From Camelus dromedarius (lineage: Eukaryota): a stretch of DNA of 64,000 nt. The position numbers and the translations under genes are program-made. The DNA lies in assembly GCF_036321535.1 (NCBI RefSeq), contig NC_087438.1:8434001-8498000 (forward strand). Direction: 5' to 3'. The notes under the pieces were generated by a model. That model did not search any database, had not been told where the DNA came from, and saw only the letters and a list, made by a program, of their open reading frames with translations. Below, piece by piece: positions 27,800-41,679 of the stretch (position 1 is the stretch's first letter; each line of letters starts with the position of its first letter).

Positions 27800-29215
27800 T
27801 AAAATCTTCATGGATTTTTTTTTAAAGTTTAGCTATATAGCTCCAACTCATTTTTATTAATACCTGCTTAGAAAGGATATAGCTTTTACATGAAGGATTT
27901 TATAGAAAGGATATACCAGTTTTACAAGTCTTCTTCAATCAGTATTGTTCCTTTTTTTTTTCTATTTCAAATAATCCTGCACTAAATACTTATATACATG
28001 AAATCTCATATTCTAGGCCATTCATTTCTACAGAACATGACGCCTAAGAATGACTAACCAAAGGCTATGGAACTTTCAAACATTCACAGCAACACATCAT
28101 TTTACAAAAAGATTATAGGAATGCACATTCCTATTTGGAATGAAAAAGAATGTGAATTTCCTCAAAATTTAGCTATAGCAAGCTTACAATTGGTGTTATT
28201 TTTTAATGCTTGTCTATTTTGTAGATTAAAGAAAATCATGCCTCATTTTGAACTTTATGTCCTTGATGAGTACGTTAGGGCAAAAAGTATTTGCATACAC
28301 TTACTGGTTGTTTGCATTTTTTCTTCTTTGAGTTGCCCGTTGATATTTTTTTGCCTAGTTTTCGTTTCTTTTATTCCTCTTTTTCTCATCAACATTAGGA
28401 AGTCTTAATATATTAATTATACCAACATTTTGTCACACTTGTGGCACATATCTTTCTCTTGGCCTACTTTCATACTTTTTTATGCTGAATTAGTTCTTGC
28501 TATTATTGCTGGTGTTCACACCGCCAACGGCGCCGACCATTTGTGTACGGCTTCTGCATTTCCCAAAAGCCTTTTGAGAAGGTTCTCAAAAGCCTTCTCC
28601 ACCTCGAGTTCATCTGAGTATTTTCCCAGTGTTTTTCCTAATGTGTCTATAGTTTTATTTTTACAGTTACCTGCTCTCCCTCTGAGGTTTATTTCTGAAT
28701 ATATTGTGAGTTAAGGGCCTTAATTTTCTTCCAGATCGTTAGGCAGCTATGCTGACACCATTCCAACCACCACTTTGTGCTGAACTGAAGTACTTAAAAT
28801 GAATTGGACTCCTATATATATCTGGGTCTGTTCTGAATCTTCAGTTATGTCCTAGAGAGATCATTCTTTCTATTTAGGGCCCACTCGGCACCACTATAAT
28901 TAGCGTGTTTGGTAAGGTCAACTATTTCTATCAAAATTTTCACTGCAACTCTCATATATTTAATAATGCTTCCAAATGATTGATCTTGAAAGTAGTTTGA
29001 TCCAGTTCGCCAAAGAAATAATCAGCCCGGGAATTCTGATTACAATGGCCTACATTTTATATTAAATTGGGGGAGAGTGATATTGTTATGATATCAAGCT
29101 TTCCTACACAGGACCATGGCATCCCGTCCTTTATTCCGAATTCTTTAATGTACTTTAATAAAATATTATAGTTTTCATCAGACAAGTCTGGTTGTCTCAG
29201 TAAATTTACTCCTCC
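27800..29215 (-). mobile_element. Very old L1 (L1ME-like) ORF2/3' region, degraded
   Basis: ORF 29057..29425 ends ...ENYNILLKYIKEFGIKDGMPWSCVGKLDIITISLSPNLI, resembling the L1 ORF2 segment ENYKTLLKEIKED..KWK.IPCSWIGRINIVKM.ILPK. The surrounding T-rich sequence is L1-like. Confidence 0.7.
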
Positions 29216-30512
29216 TGACTTATTTTTCCACTGCTCTAAAGCCAGTAGCCTGGGAAGATTTTCAGACCATGCCAGGATAAAAAACCATGACCCAACCCAG
29301 CCATATAACAAAGCAGTATCTGGAGTGGGGAGAGTGGCTGGAACTTCTGCTCCTCTTTTCCATTTCCCCTTAGAAATAGTCAGAAAACTCATGGGTAGGC
29401 TTTGGGAAGCAAACGAATCAAGCAATACAGCCTAGGCCTCAACCCAATTGCCTGCTTCCTTACCATTTTCACAAACTAGGTTATCCAGCCAATCTACCCA
29501 ACTCTCCTTCGCGCACCTACTTGGCTCCACCCCTTCAGACCCGGTGGCACAGTTCAGACTGATACCTCCCTTGATCCTTTCTGTTGATGGATCCTCCCTT
29601 AGCTACTCTTCATTGCTTGACCGCCCACCTTTACCTAAATCAGTCTCCATCTACTAAACAGAACCAGTGTCCTCTAGGAAGCCTGGAGCATTTCTCCTGT
29701 TTGAGAACTTAATTGCCCCATTTCATCTATTGCTCTGTTGAGATGTTCCTGGAGTCAAGGAAGTTATGTCACCCCCACCCCCACCACTGTTGCTGATTCA
29801 GCATCCTGGATCGTATAACTCAAACACAAGATGCTTCTGCACCACAAAAAAATGAATACTAATTTTATATTCCAGCACATGATAAGAAAAAGAAACAAAT
29901 TTAAAAATCTTGATTTTCCAGCTTTTTAAAATTATTTACCACCTTTTATTTACAAGAAACATGAATTACATAAAAAAAATACTTTTAAATCTAAGACTTC
30001 AGATTTTATTTACTTCTCCATTTTTACAGCAAAAAAAAAAAAAAAAAAAAAACAGGGGGTGGCGGAAGAATCATTCAGACATTAATTAGTTTTACAGGAA
30101 AAGTTCTGACATGCATTCTTCCAAGACCATCTCAGAAACACTGGGGAAACCAATTTGCTTTGTCCCAATACAATACTCATCTGCCCCCACTCACACTAAT
30201 TTTTTAGCATCATGGATACATTTTGAAATTTTATTAGACTCTAGATTTTCTGAAGACCAATTATTTGGATTACACATTGAACAGTATTAAGTGTCAGGTC
30301 CATCAATGAATTGGCCAAAACCTCACCTATAGGAATTTTGATTGCAATTTTTGGTTTTGTTCCTTTAGAATATTTTTTCAAGGAAAACTGCCTAAATCTT
30401 GAATAAAACCTGGAGTCAAAAGCTATTGTAATCCTATTTTAATAGTAATTTTATAACGAATACCAACACTTTGCTAGAAAATCATGATTTTCCTTCCAAC
30501 AGTATTAAATCA

Positions 30513-30761
<249 letters not shown>

Positions 30762-33700
30762 TCACCGAAAACACTCCTAAGCACCAGGCAACTCTAAGCA
30801 AGACACTTCAGCAAAGGGATAAGTACCACCTACAAAGAGAGGACATGACATCACTGAGGAAGGGGAAACAAGCAAATAGACGGTTTCTCCTCTATCCACC
30901 CCAACCAAGTGGAGGAAGAAACGATGAGATGGAAAAGGCCAGTTAGACTATAAGAGCGTAAAAAGATAAAGACACATGGGTCTAAAAACAGGCCAGTCAA
31001 ACGACACTCTGTATCTTTTAGATAAACGTATTACTTGTGCATTGATCCATTTTCACCTCAAACAAACAAACAAACAAAAAACCTACTGACAACCCCCTTT
31101 ATTTGGAAATCACACAAAGTAAGTGATCAATAAATTACAAGTAATTTAAAAATCCCATAATTGACCTAAGAAGCTCAGCTGGGATGTAAAATGTAGTAAC
31201 TGGCGAGCCTACTCCACAAATATTTGCCAGGTTCTTACTCTGTGACCAACAGCAGAGGAAAGGTCCTTACAGCTGACAAGACTCACTTGTCACAGTTTAT
31301 TCTGTCCGAGTTCATTTAGGAAAGAAAGGAGAAACTCAAATAACACCAGCCTCATTCATCAATGGACACACACGCACGGGTTAAAAGCAGGGCTCTCGAA
31401 AGTATCTTTGGCTCCATTGTGCTTGTCTTTCTCACACAAATAAGGAAGACTGGAGTCGTTGTTACATATATTACTCAGCAGTGGTCATCAGCAGAAGTAA
31501 TAATTAACTGAGGACAGTTTTTCCAGGGCACCAGAAAACCACTATTCAAATAAAAGGCTGGAAGTAAATAAAGGTTATTTTCTTGCCTCAAGCTATTATT
31601 GTACACATCCTTTCAGGAACCAGTGCTGTGTGAACGTTAAAAGGTATTTCCTATTATACTGGATCTGTGCATCCTGGGTTTCACCCAAAGAAACATAATT
31701 TTTTTAGCAGCCCTTTTATTATGTTATTAGCTACATTTAGTTAATTGTTTAGGGATATGCAAACCCAAAGGGTTCTAGTACAGAATTTCCCTTAAAATGC
31801 GTGACAGAAAGTGGCTACCTAATGCTCTCATTGGACTTTACAACTGAGTTTTGATTTGTTTTTATTTTTTGAAGTAAGTTCCTCATAAGATGGGGATGAG
31901 AATAGCACTGAAAAAAATAAATCTGTTACAAACAGAATATATCAGAGGGTTTGGGGGAATTACCTTAGCAAGCAGAATGTGGGCAAAGAATAAGGATCAA
32001 ATTGAATATAATTGGGCAAAATGCGACCATGGCTAACAAGCTGAAAGTATATTAGGTGATGGATACCAACAGGACCAAAGAAGGAGGTCTAGGTAATTAT
32101 GGAGTTGGGGTTGGGAAGTTAAAAATAAAGTGCATTTGTGTATTCGATGTACTTTCATATGTGGTTTTCTTATTTGATCAAAGCCTGTAATTACAAGGAT
32201 GTAGGTCCACAGATCAACAAATGCTGTGCCAGGTAACTAGCCTGAAAGCCGCACCTTTCTACTGAGAGGAGGTTTGGGAGATGGGAGAAGTGGATGGGGC
32301 AGAAAGAAAGAAGAAAGGAAAATGGCAGCTCTCGGGTGCAAGGTCATCTCTGGTCAGAGGGAGACCCCCTTGATCTTGCATCCCCACCCATCTCCACCGC
32401 AGTGGCTTCCAAAGGGAACGCTACATAAGAATAGCCTTAAACTGAGAAAGGATGCTTACATCTCTCAAATTATTCTTTTCACTTCCGTGTTTTCTAAATT
32501 TTATTGGGCCGACTGGAATTCAAGCTCTGGGTCCGCGTTATTATCAACATAATTTTTTGACAGAGAAACTGTGTAAGGCCACAAAGGTATTAAGCACCAG
32601 AAATGAGCCTGGAACTCAAGTTTTCTTCCTTTTATTCCTATTTCAGTGTGCTTTGCTGTGTCAGCCTCTTTCCCGTAAGTATTGCCTTCTAAACGCTGTC
32701 CACACATCAATGTTTATCAAATGTAAGTCTTAAAAAATATGACAGTAACCTGTCATAATAAAATATGGGATCGAATAGGCAATGAAACAAGATCTATCCT
32801 TAGGCACTTGACAACTCTGACCCACAGAGTATAAGGAATAATTCGGTCTGTTTACCCCCCTTTCTTCTTACAGCAGTAATAAGAGAAGTGAAATCTTCAA
32901 GGCTCACCCCACCACACAGAGCAATTGCCACCCACGGCAACCCCTCTGCCCTAGTGAAAATGACTTGGAATAATTTCCGTGGTTCATAATTTTTAACGTC
33001 CAGATTTAACTTCACCATGTATGGATGCTAAAGACTGTCAGCTTCCACTCCTAACCATATTAGCTCAGAGCTTCCAGAGCAGAGGGAGAACTGCATAGAC
33101 ACTGCCAGAACCAAGCTCTGGGCTGCTGAACGGATGGATGGCATGCATAAAGGCATGCATACAAAGCCTTCAGCCTTCTGACTCTGCAGTCTGTGGTTAA
33201 GTACTTTAGTCTTAAATAGAGCTAATCTATTAAAAATTACTAGTTAATCTGTGCTAAATCCAGGAAATCTGGAAAATGGAGAGACTCAAAAAGGAAAAAA
33301 AGAAAAAAAAAAAGGAAAAGCAACGTTACAAATTCCACTCTCCCAGGTAAGTACATTAACTTTGGCACTTGGGGTTTTCTGCTGAAATTTTTTTTCTCCT
33401 GATTTAACTCATTTTGCATGATGAACTTTGCATAATGGAGTATTAATGTCATGCTTTTGATTTAAAAAATTTTTTTTGCTTAGAAACATACTGTGAACTA
33501 TTTCTTAGGCAACAAAAAGTGTTTCATGTTTTCAACAGTATAATGTTAAATAATAAAATTTTATTAAACATTATTGTATCTATATTATTAAACATAATAT
33601 AACATATTAATATAAAATTTTAAACATAATATAAAGTTAGTATTCAATAATTGTACGCATCAGAATTCACCTATCTTTTGTTTGTAATTTTACCCCGTTT

Positions 33701-34277
33701 TTGACATTTTTAACAGATAAATTCACAGAAGTGTTATTTGATAGAATGAGAAACCAACCCATGTTTCTGACTGTTGAGAGCCAACGCCAGACTTGCTGCC
33801 AGGCTGGCCCAACCTATCTGCCCATTAGCAGTGTCACAGGAATGTCCCCTCCCACAAGGACAATAATACTGGTCCTTCATACCCTCTCCTGCTGTCACCA
33901 GCTTGACGTAGGAAACCTCATCTCTTTGAATTTGTTTTTATTTTACAACAAGTACCAGGAATATTTTGCTGTAGAAAATGTGTGTTCACCCTACGTACAG
34001 CACCTCTTCAGACCCTGCACACAATTACTGTGTAAGAAGTCTTTCCTTACATACGTAAATAAGCTACAAACACCCGAACAGCATGGTTTGCAGACGCAAC
34101 TTCAACATGAGGAAAAGAGACAACACGAGGGACGATTAGGGTCAAATTTTAGGTGGTTCATTCCTTAGCAGAACCGGCTACTAACAGGTTCTAGGTCCAG
34201 AAAATACAGAGCAACCGAGTCAGCCTTTCCTGGGCCCGTGTCACGCCACCTACACACTCACACCCAGGAGCAGAGAG

Positions 34278-34652
34278 ATGGGGGACTGTACCCCGCTCCC
34301 TCACTGCCCCCCAGCCGCCAAATCCACAGGCCCGAACTCCCAACATGACTGCGTTTGGAGATGGGGCCTTTGGGGAGGTAATTAATGTTACACGAGGTCA
34401 CAGGGGAGGAGTCCCAATCCGGCAGGACTAGTGTCTTTCCAAGAAGAGGAAGACACATCAGAGCTTCTTCCCTCTACCCTGTGAGGACACAGAGAAAAGG
34501 CTGGCCACCAAGAAGAGGGTTCTCACCAAAAACCACTGCCAGCACCTTGACCGTGGACTTCTGGGCTCCAGAACTGTGAAGAAACAAATGTCCGTTGTTT
34601 AAGCCACCCAGTCTGTGATGTCTTGTCCTGGCAGCCCGAACAGACCGAGACA
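34278..34652 (+). mobile_element. MaLR solo LTR, MLT1A/A0-like
   Basis: tttggagatggggcctttggggaggtaattaa...gtgaggacacagagaaaagg...gcaccttgaccgtggacttctgggctccagaactgtgaagaaacaaatgtccgttgtttaagccacccagtctgtg...gcagcccgaacagaccgagaca. Confidence 0.85.
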
Positions 34653-35658
34653 AACAAGCTCAGACTGTTCTCCCCCTCCTTCCCTTTAATCCCCACGGGG
34701 TGCACGGGAGGCTCGCGGACCGAACGCAGCGGGACGGTGCTGTTTAGTGGCGCTCTCTGCCAACGCAGTCATCCCAGATGGGCCACAGGTATCAGGGCGA
34801 GACGCGTGCTGCTTCACGTCGGCACACCTGGGTAAACCAGCGCCGACAGAGACGTGCCCCGCCGCTCAGAAATAAGCCCGGAGAACAAAGCACTAACTGA
34901 AGAGCATCCACAGCAGCACGATTTTCACAGACAGTGTAATAAGGAACTCAGGAAAAACTGGCCCAGATGACACCCACACACAGAGACTCTTTTTCAACGT
35001 GAACTCTTCTATCCATAGGTAGTACGATTTGATGAGGTCCCAATGAATATTCTAAACTTTTATTTCCCAAACGTGAGTCCCTATGAATCTACGGTATACT
35101 CGGTAACACGTTAAAATCAGCTTGGCATTTAGGAAGGCTGAGTTCTCTTGTTCTCAATTCAAGGACCACATTCAATGTTATATTTTATTCACCTCCGTCA
35201 CGCAGAAGGAAAATAAATTCTTACTTTATTTTGTAATTCGAATGTGTTCCTTCCTTAGCCACTTCTGCCCAACAACTGATGACTCTGACATCAAAATAAG
35301 GCCATCTTCAAAAAATAACTGATGAGCTCCTGTGTGACACAATCATCCAGTTCGGTGACCCGCCCGGAATTCTGGTGCCACCATTACTTGAACTCCTTCT
35401 CTCTGATTCAGCAGGAAGTTCGTTTGGCTGTGAATGGTCTCTGCTCCTCCTGAGATGCCTACCCTCAATCTGTGGTCCACGACTTCTCATCCTTTCATCT
35501 TTCCTCCCGTTCTGTGACTCCAAAGGCCCTCACGCTCTGCTGTCACGGAGATCCGCTTCTTCTTCCTCCCAAGATAGCAAGTCCCACCTGCTTCAAATTC
35601 CAGACTCTCCAAAGTCCTTGCATACTGTGAGTCTCAACAAATATTTCATCAGCTGGAC

Positions 35659-35853
35659 TTGCACTGATCAATGTTGGAGCTCCCGGCAACATGTGGCTAT
35701 TTAAATTTTAATAGGATTTAAAAAGCCAGTTCAGTAGTTGCACCATTCACATTTCAAGTGCTCAACAGCCACATGTGGCCAAGTGGTTACTGTACTGGAC
35801 ATGGAAAACACAGACGATTTCAATGATTGCAGAATGTTCTATTAATGGTCTTG
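35659..35853 (-). mobile_element. MER3 (hAT-Charlie non-autonomous DNA transposon)
   Basis: acatgtggctatttaaatttt...cacatttcaagtgctcaacagccacatgtggccaagtggttactgtactggaca...tgcagaatgttctatt closely follows the MER3 reverse complement. Confidence 0.85.
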
Positions 35854-35944
35854 CTCTATACCCAGTAGTCAATGATTTCATGTAATCTTTCATCTTCAAG
35901 TTTAATCCTGGGTAACAGGATGGGAGAAGAGGTCAGGTTATAAT

Positions 35945-36100
35945 TATATTTTGAAGTGAGAACCACCAGGATTTCTGATAGATTGCATAGATGGTACATA
36001 AGACAGAGGAGTCCAGATGATTCCAGGATTTGGTCTGAGTGGCCATCAGCCAAGATGTTGACACTGGAGGTGGGACAGATTTGGGGCAGGGGAAGGTGAC
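35945..36100 (-). mobile_element. L2 fragment
   Basis: ttgaagtgagaaccaccaggatttctgatagattg...gaggagtccagatgattccaggatttggtctgag. Confidence 0.65.
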
Positions 36101-36994
36101 GTGGTCTGAAAATGTATAATCCGAAATACATTGACCGGTGACTCTTCCTTGCTACTGACATGTGGGCAGGGGACAGCAGCTCTAGCCAGAAGCCACACCC
36201 TGGTGTGAATTAGGGAATGTAAAGACTGATGATTTCTAAATACTGCTTGTCAAGTCTTTTTCCCCCCTTCTGGTCGTGGTCTCTTTTCATTTTTTACTTT
36301 GCAGTTGCTAGAAACTTCTAGAACTTAACTCTTCTTTCCTTGAGCTGATGACTTCAATTCCAGACACTCTGATGTTAACTTTCTTGACTTCTTAAAGTTC
36401 ACACCAAATGATCAAGCAAGGGAGCCAGGACACCAGGATTCAAAGCCTCTGTTTTACACTTTCAGCTTTACCCTCATCACTAGGCATCGCTTTCATAATT
36501 CGCCATCACCTTATGCCCCAAGTAAATAATGAAATTTGCTATCAGAATACTCCAAATATTATCATATATACATATATATAATGCATATGCAACTTACTGT
36601 TTTCAAATGAAATACAACTTAACATACTGGATTTTTATAACCTTCCACTCCACAGGCAACGTTTAAAAGATTGTGATTCTGCAAAATTGAAGAATAGCCA
36701 TAAACATCTTATTAATATTATCATGCAGAGAATGTGTGTATCAGTATAAACTAGTGACCTGAACAATACTGAACATCTCATCTGTGTAATCAATCTCGTC
36801 ATCAAAATTGCAGTTCTTTATTTGTAACTGACGTGTCACTACCAAGAGAAACAGGCATAGCATCATTGTCTCTCAGATGCACTTTGCACACATAAAAATA
36901 TACCTATCCTTGCTTCTTCCCTTTAAAGAGAAATGAAAAACCACAGCTTGTCCTAATGATATAGATAATATCATCATTAATATTTGTCAAAACT

Positions 36995-37105
36995 CAATAC
37001 AATTAGGGCAGAAACTCAATCTGTCTTGTTCAATTTCCAACATTTAGCTCAGTATCTAATACACAGCAGCCAGTTAATAAATACTTGTTGAGTTAATGCA
37101 TGAAC
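36995..37105 (+). mobile_element. L2 3' end
   Basis: agggcagaaactcaatctgtcttgttca...tagctcagtatctaatacacagcag...taataaatacttgttgagttaatgcatgaa. Confidence 0.6.
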
Positions 37106-37571
37106 TATGCACATAAAGTCAGTAGTGGTTGCTTACCAGAGCAATGTAAGTAAAATGGGCTTTACGTTAGGAGAATTTCTCTAAACGACATCTGCAATGA
37201 CATCTTTTTATTTTGACTCAAGAAAGCTGCTTTTCCAAAATCCTAGGACTAGTGCAAGGCTTTTGCCTCAGTCCACTGCCCAAGAATGTACCCTCTGGGT
37301 TGCTGGCTTCTAAGGTAGAATCAGTGATTGAGCAGGCTCAGGGGCTTCTGAGACTTGATACTTTTAACTCGCAACTTGGAAACAGAATCTGGCAAAACTT
37401 AGGGAGAGCATGACGCAAGGACGGGAAGAAGCACTAAGCCATACTCAGACCATGCGACTACTGGGGCACCAGCCGGCAAAGCCAGGAGGTGGAGGAAAGT
37501 CCAATTCCACCTGCTAAGGTGGGGGTAGTGTGTCAGACGCCCAGGAAGTCAGGGACACAGTCCCTGTTGCC

Positions 37572-37587
37572 GGGGGGGGGGGGGGGG
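37572..37587. repeat. G16 homopolymer
   Basis: Read directly. Confidence 0.9.
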
Positions 37588-39769
37588 AGACATGATGGCA
37601 GGGGCAGAGCTGCTGGGATCTGAGCGCTGAGTCCACCTGCCAAGCACAAGGGGGCTGTTCCACCTGCGCTCAGAGAAGTGGGAATGGTAGGAGGTGGAAA
37701 CTTACACGGGGGGGTCAGGAAATCTGTTGCTAATAATTGTTGAGGAGGTTGGGACCAAGCTAAATATCACCACAGATGTAACGCCCACCTGAACTATTAT
37801 TCTTAACGACAAATTACGTCGGAAGGTAAAAAAGCTTCTGTGGAGACGACAGAGCAAGGGGGAAGAGCGGCGCTCACACGTGGGAGAAGCACATGTGCAG
37901 ACAAGTTCCAGTAGAGTGAAGTCACTGAGGACAGACGGGGGTCTTCTCCTGGCTGTTTTCTTTTGGTAACTCACTGTCCTGACTTCTCAAGCATCACCTC
38001 AAGCATCTTCATCTAGTCTTAATGAACATATGTCTTAAAAAAGTGTGGAGAAGGTGGTACCTGTGAACCACAAGTCAGCAGACGAGAGTGAGAGGCTGTC
38101 CCTCCTCAGCCCTGCCCCAGCCGAGCTTGTGACCTGAGATGCCAGAGCCCACACAGCAGTGCAGCCAGGGACAGGGGCCTCAGCCACCTGGAGGGGTGTC
38201 TCCCGGCAGGTAAGAGAGTGAAGGTGAGATCTGACAGATCCCTCAGCGGGAAGCAGGGTCCCCATAGAACCTACCCAGTGAGAAGGAAAGCTGAAGGGAG
38301 GTGGGGATTTGACTACTGAAAGCAGAGGAAAGGGTCAGAATAAATCTATAAAGTGAAGGAGGAAGGGGGAACTGGGCTGGGAGTCAGGCAGCATCTGGGC
38401 TGAGCCTGGAAACTCGGAGAGGGCAGGAAACTGGGGGTAGCTGCTATGCTGGAAGAAAATGGTAAGAAATTTGGCGATGATCTGGAATTTGTTAACAATC
38501 TTGATCTTAAACTTGGTGATTTAATCAAATAAATGGTTTGCAGCATTTATTACATTAATAACAAATGACCTGAGACATTCCCTACAACTGTTCGTGGAAC
38601 CCCAGGGGGCCAGGATACCAAGATTGAAAGCCTCTGTTTTACATGTGAGTTTCTAAGCGTTCCCCCTCTGCTGCTTCTGTCTCACGCAACACCATCCGCA
38701 TCTCTCCTTGGCAGAGCCAGGCACACCTGAGACTGAGTGTGCAAATAATGACTCAGACGTTTACCTCCTGCTGGGATTCCACACCTAGTATCAAAATATC
38801 CCACTACCTATTACAAATGTCTCCCTGAAAACCCCACAAATGCACTGAATTCAGCGTGACCTCTCATCTCTTGCCTGGACAGTCGCAGAAACTGTGCAAA
38901 CTGCCTCTCTGGCCCCCAATAAATCGTGCCTCCTGCAATGAACTCTCTGCTCTGTTTGTTGGGGGAGTCAGTTTTCTCACCAGCAGTCTGATTATGACAT
39001 GCCCTTCTTTCTGAATTTATTTGAGTGGGTCCCAATACCTGGAACAGAGGTTTCCAAAAGTCTTTTGAGACAGGAAATGTATTTTATATCATGATTCACA
39101 CATCTTAACGGAAACACAGCTTCAGGAACTATAAAGCCTTAAAACACATGATGCACTTTTTTTCTCTTCTATTTCACTCAATTTCATTAAAAGAAAAATT
39201 CTGAGTGGTTACCCACTAAACTGATGGAGACAAAACAGTTTGGAGACCAATGACCCGGAGGCAGGAGTGGAACCTCCCCTGCATGATGTCTGAGAGTGTC
39301 CCTGCTCTGGCCAGGGCACACACATCCGTGCTCAAGCCCTGTGGCTTCCCCCCTCACACCTTACACTACGATGCACCAAGCTTCTTACAGTTCCAAAGAC
39401 ATCTGATCTCACCAAACGGCACACGCAGATTTCGCTTCCTGTGTGCTCTCATCATCTCAACCTCTTTTCCTCTTTCCTAGCCCCCCACCTGCCTTTCTTC
39501 CTCTGCAGCCGTTCGGAAACACTCCACCACCTGAATCACTTTCTCAAGCAGTGCATTTATCACAATGAGCTGTCAGGATCTTACCTCTTCTGGGATTTTT
39601 AAAAGCTTTGAATGTTTTTAAAATTGGGATGCTTCTTTACACGACTGCTGGCACCCTTTTCCTTTATGTCACTGAGGATGGGTTTTGCGTCACTTGCAAG
39701 TGAAAGTGTCATTAAATCAAGGACATACTGCTCAACATCCTAGATTTCTGGAAACACCATATATTTCAC

Positions 39770-39895
39770 AGTATATTTCTCCTAATTAGACCATGAATTC
39801 TTTGAGCACAGAAAGTGTTTTATTCATATTTATAACCTCAGTGCCTAGAACAGTGCCAAGTGAAGAGCTGGCATCATTAAATGCTTATTGTATAA
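39770..39895 (+). mobile_element. L2 3' end
   Basis: ttagaccatgaattctttgagcacag...ttcatatttataacctcagtgcctagaacagtgcc...attaaatgcttattg. Confidence 0.65.
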
Positions 39896-41679
39896 GTTAT
39901 AGTGAAAACCATTTAGTACGCAGCAATTTATAATGCATCATCAGCTCTATTTAAAATTGCCAAGGAATCTTACACTTACAACAGCAACTGGGTACACAAA
40001 TGTCCTATAAATCTTCACGGGTTTATAAAACAGAAATATTAAAATTAATGAGTTTGGGCAATATACAATATTAAAGTCACCAAACCATGTATATTTCTAC
40101 TAATCACACCTGTGTCTACATTTAAGTGGAAATACACCTGGATGAAATTAATGATTATAATAAAAACAATATAAAACTTTAGGGCTCATCTTTACCAAAA
40201 AAACAGATAGTGACCCACTTCTGGAATCAGTAACCATCCTAGCTCTCCTAGACACACCAAAAATACATGCTAACAGTTGTCATGGGTTTACTGGGCTACA
40301 CAGACATTCCTCTTAATGCCGGAGAAATACTCAGATTCTGCAATTTACAGATCCATCACGGTAAGCTCAACAGAAACTGGAACAGACACAGTGTCTTACA
40401 TTTGACTCCCCCAGTAGGAGGGGAAGTTCTAATGCATTCCATAATAAAGAGAATGTACATAATATAATATATATTCATTAAATAATAATTGTATTATTAT
40501 GTAGCTATGTAATATAATATATCTATAAAATAATATAATCATTTTGGCTGAAATTTCAAAGAAATATGCCTAGCACAGCTCGTAATTCAGTGCTCGTCAC
40601 ACACACTGGCTTCCCAGAACACGAGGTCACTGCCAACGTCCCAGGCACTGGAGTTCCCCGCAGCAGTTTCTAAAGACTTAACCATCCATCCACCTCCTAC
40701 ACTGTATCTGTGCAAGAGTCTAAACAGCGGTGTCTAAGCTTGTAAACAAAAACAACCTGTCTTCCAAAAGAGTCTCCCTAATAACATCTAAAACAAATTT
40801 CCATTTTGTATTTCTCTATTTAATCACAGATTGACACGATAAAATCTGATACCAAAAAAAAAAAAAAAATCATGCTCCCAAGCCGGTCCACACCAACTTA
40901 CAACTTGTCAAGTCCCAACTCCAACTGTCACAGTCTGCTAAAGAGAAAGTCCCCAAACACCAGCCACATGCTGGCCTGCAACAAGACCTCACTTCATAGC
41001 ACGTGAAAGTGTCCACTCAAATAATGGCAATTTGCCTCCATATTGATTCCAAATACGCATCTGCCACTTCTTCACAACTTCTCAAGATACTGGAGCTCAA
41101 CCACACACTTTGTTTTCCAGAATTACTATCAATGAGCAGTCAAGGACAGAATTTCACCCTGTAAATAGATATCTATATTCCTTTGCCAGTATGTTTAACC
41201 CATCACAGCATGGAAACTGTCATCAGTGTTCTAAATTTAAGTAGAGAACACAGAGTTTCAACTATCCTTATACAACTTTAATTGTTAGCATGAACTTGGA
41301 AATTTCAAGAATAAATCTCTTTCCTGGCCCTTAAAAGAATAAAAATAAAACAAAAACTGAAGAGAGCCATGATAATTTGGAAAGTTGCCAAGATATGTTG
41401 TCATTTTTATAGCCACAGACAAGAAATTTCTAATTTGTAAGTGACATAGTTAGACAATACACAATCTCAAGAGAAAAGTAAAACTTTGCTTAGAGAATTA
41501 AATTTAAATTATACATGTGCAAGAGGTTTTCTTTTACTCGTGGAGGTTAAACAGCTAAGAACCTTTCTTATTTTTTTATTTATATATTCATTAAATATTA
41601 CACCTTGCTGGTTTAAATATCCTGGTATGTGATCAAAGAATATTTTAAACAGATGAATGAAAAAGTGATTATCAATCCC

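Noticed and set aside
28571..28592. Perfect 10-bp inverted repeat cttttgagaa-gg-ttctcaaaag
   Set aside because: A 10-bp stem is about what chance gives in a window this size, and it lies within a degraded L1.
29057..29425. 122-aa ORF as a host exon
   Set aside because: Its C-terminal part resembles decayed L1 ORF2, not CTNND2.
29797..29816. REST/NRSE-like ttcagcatcctggatcg
   Set aside because: Several mismatches to TTCAGCACCACGGACAG, including in the right half-site.
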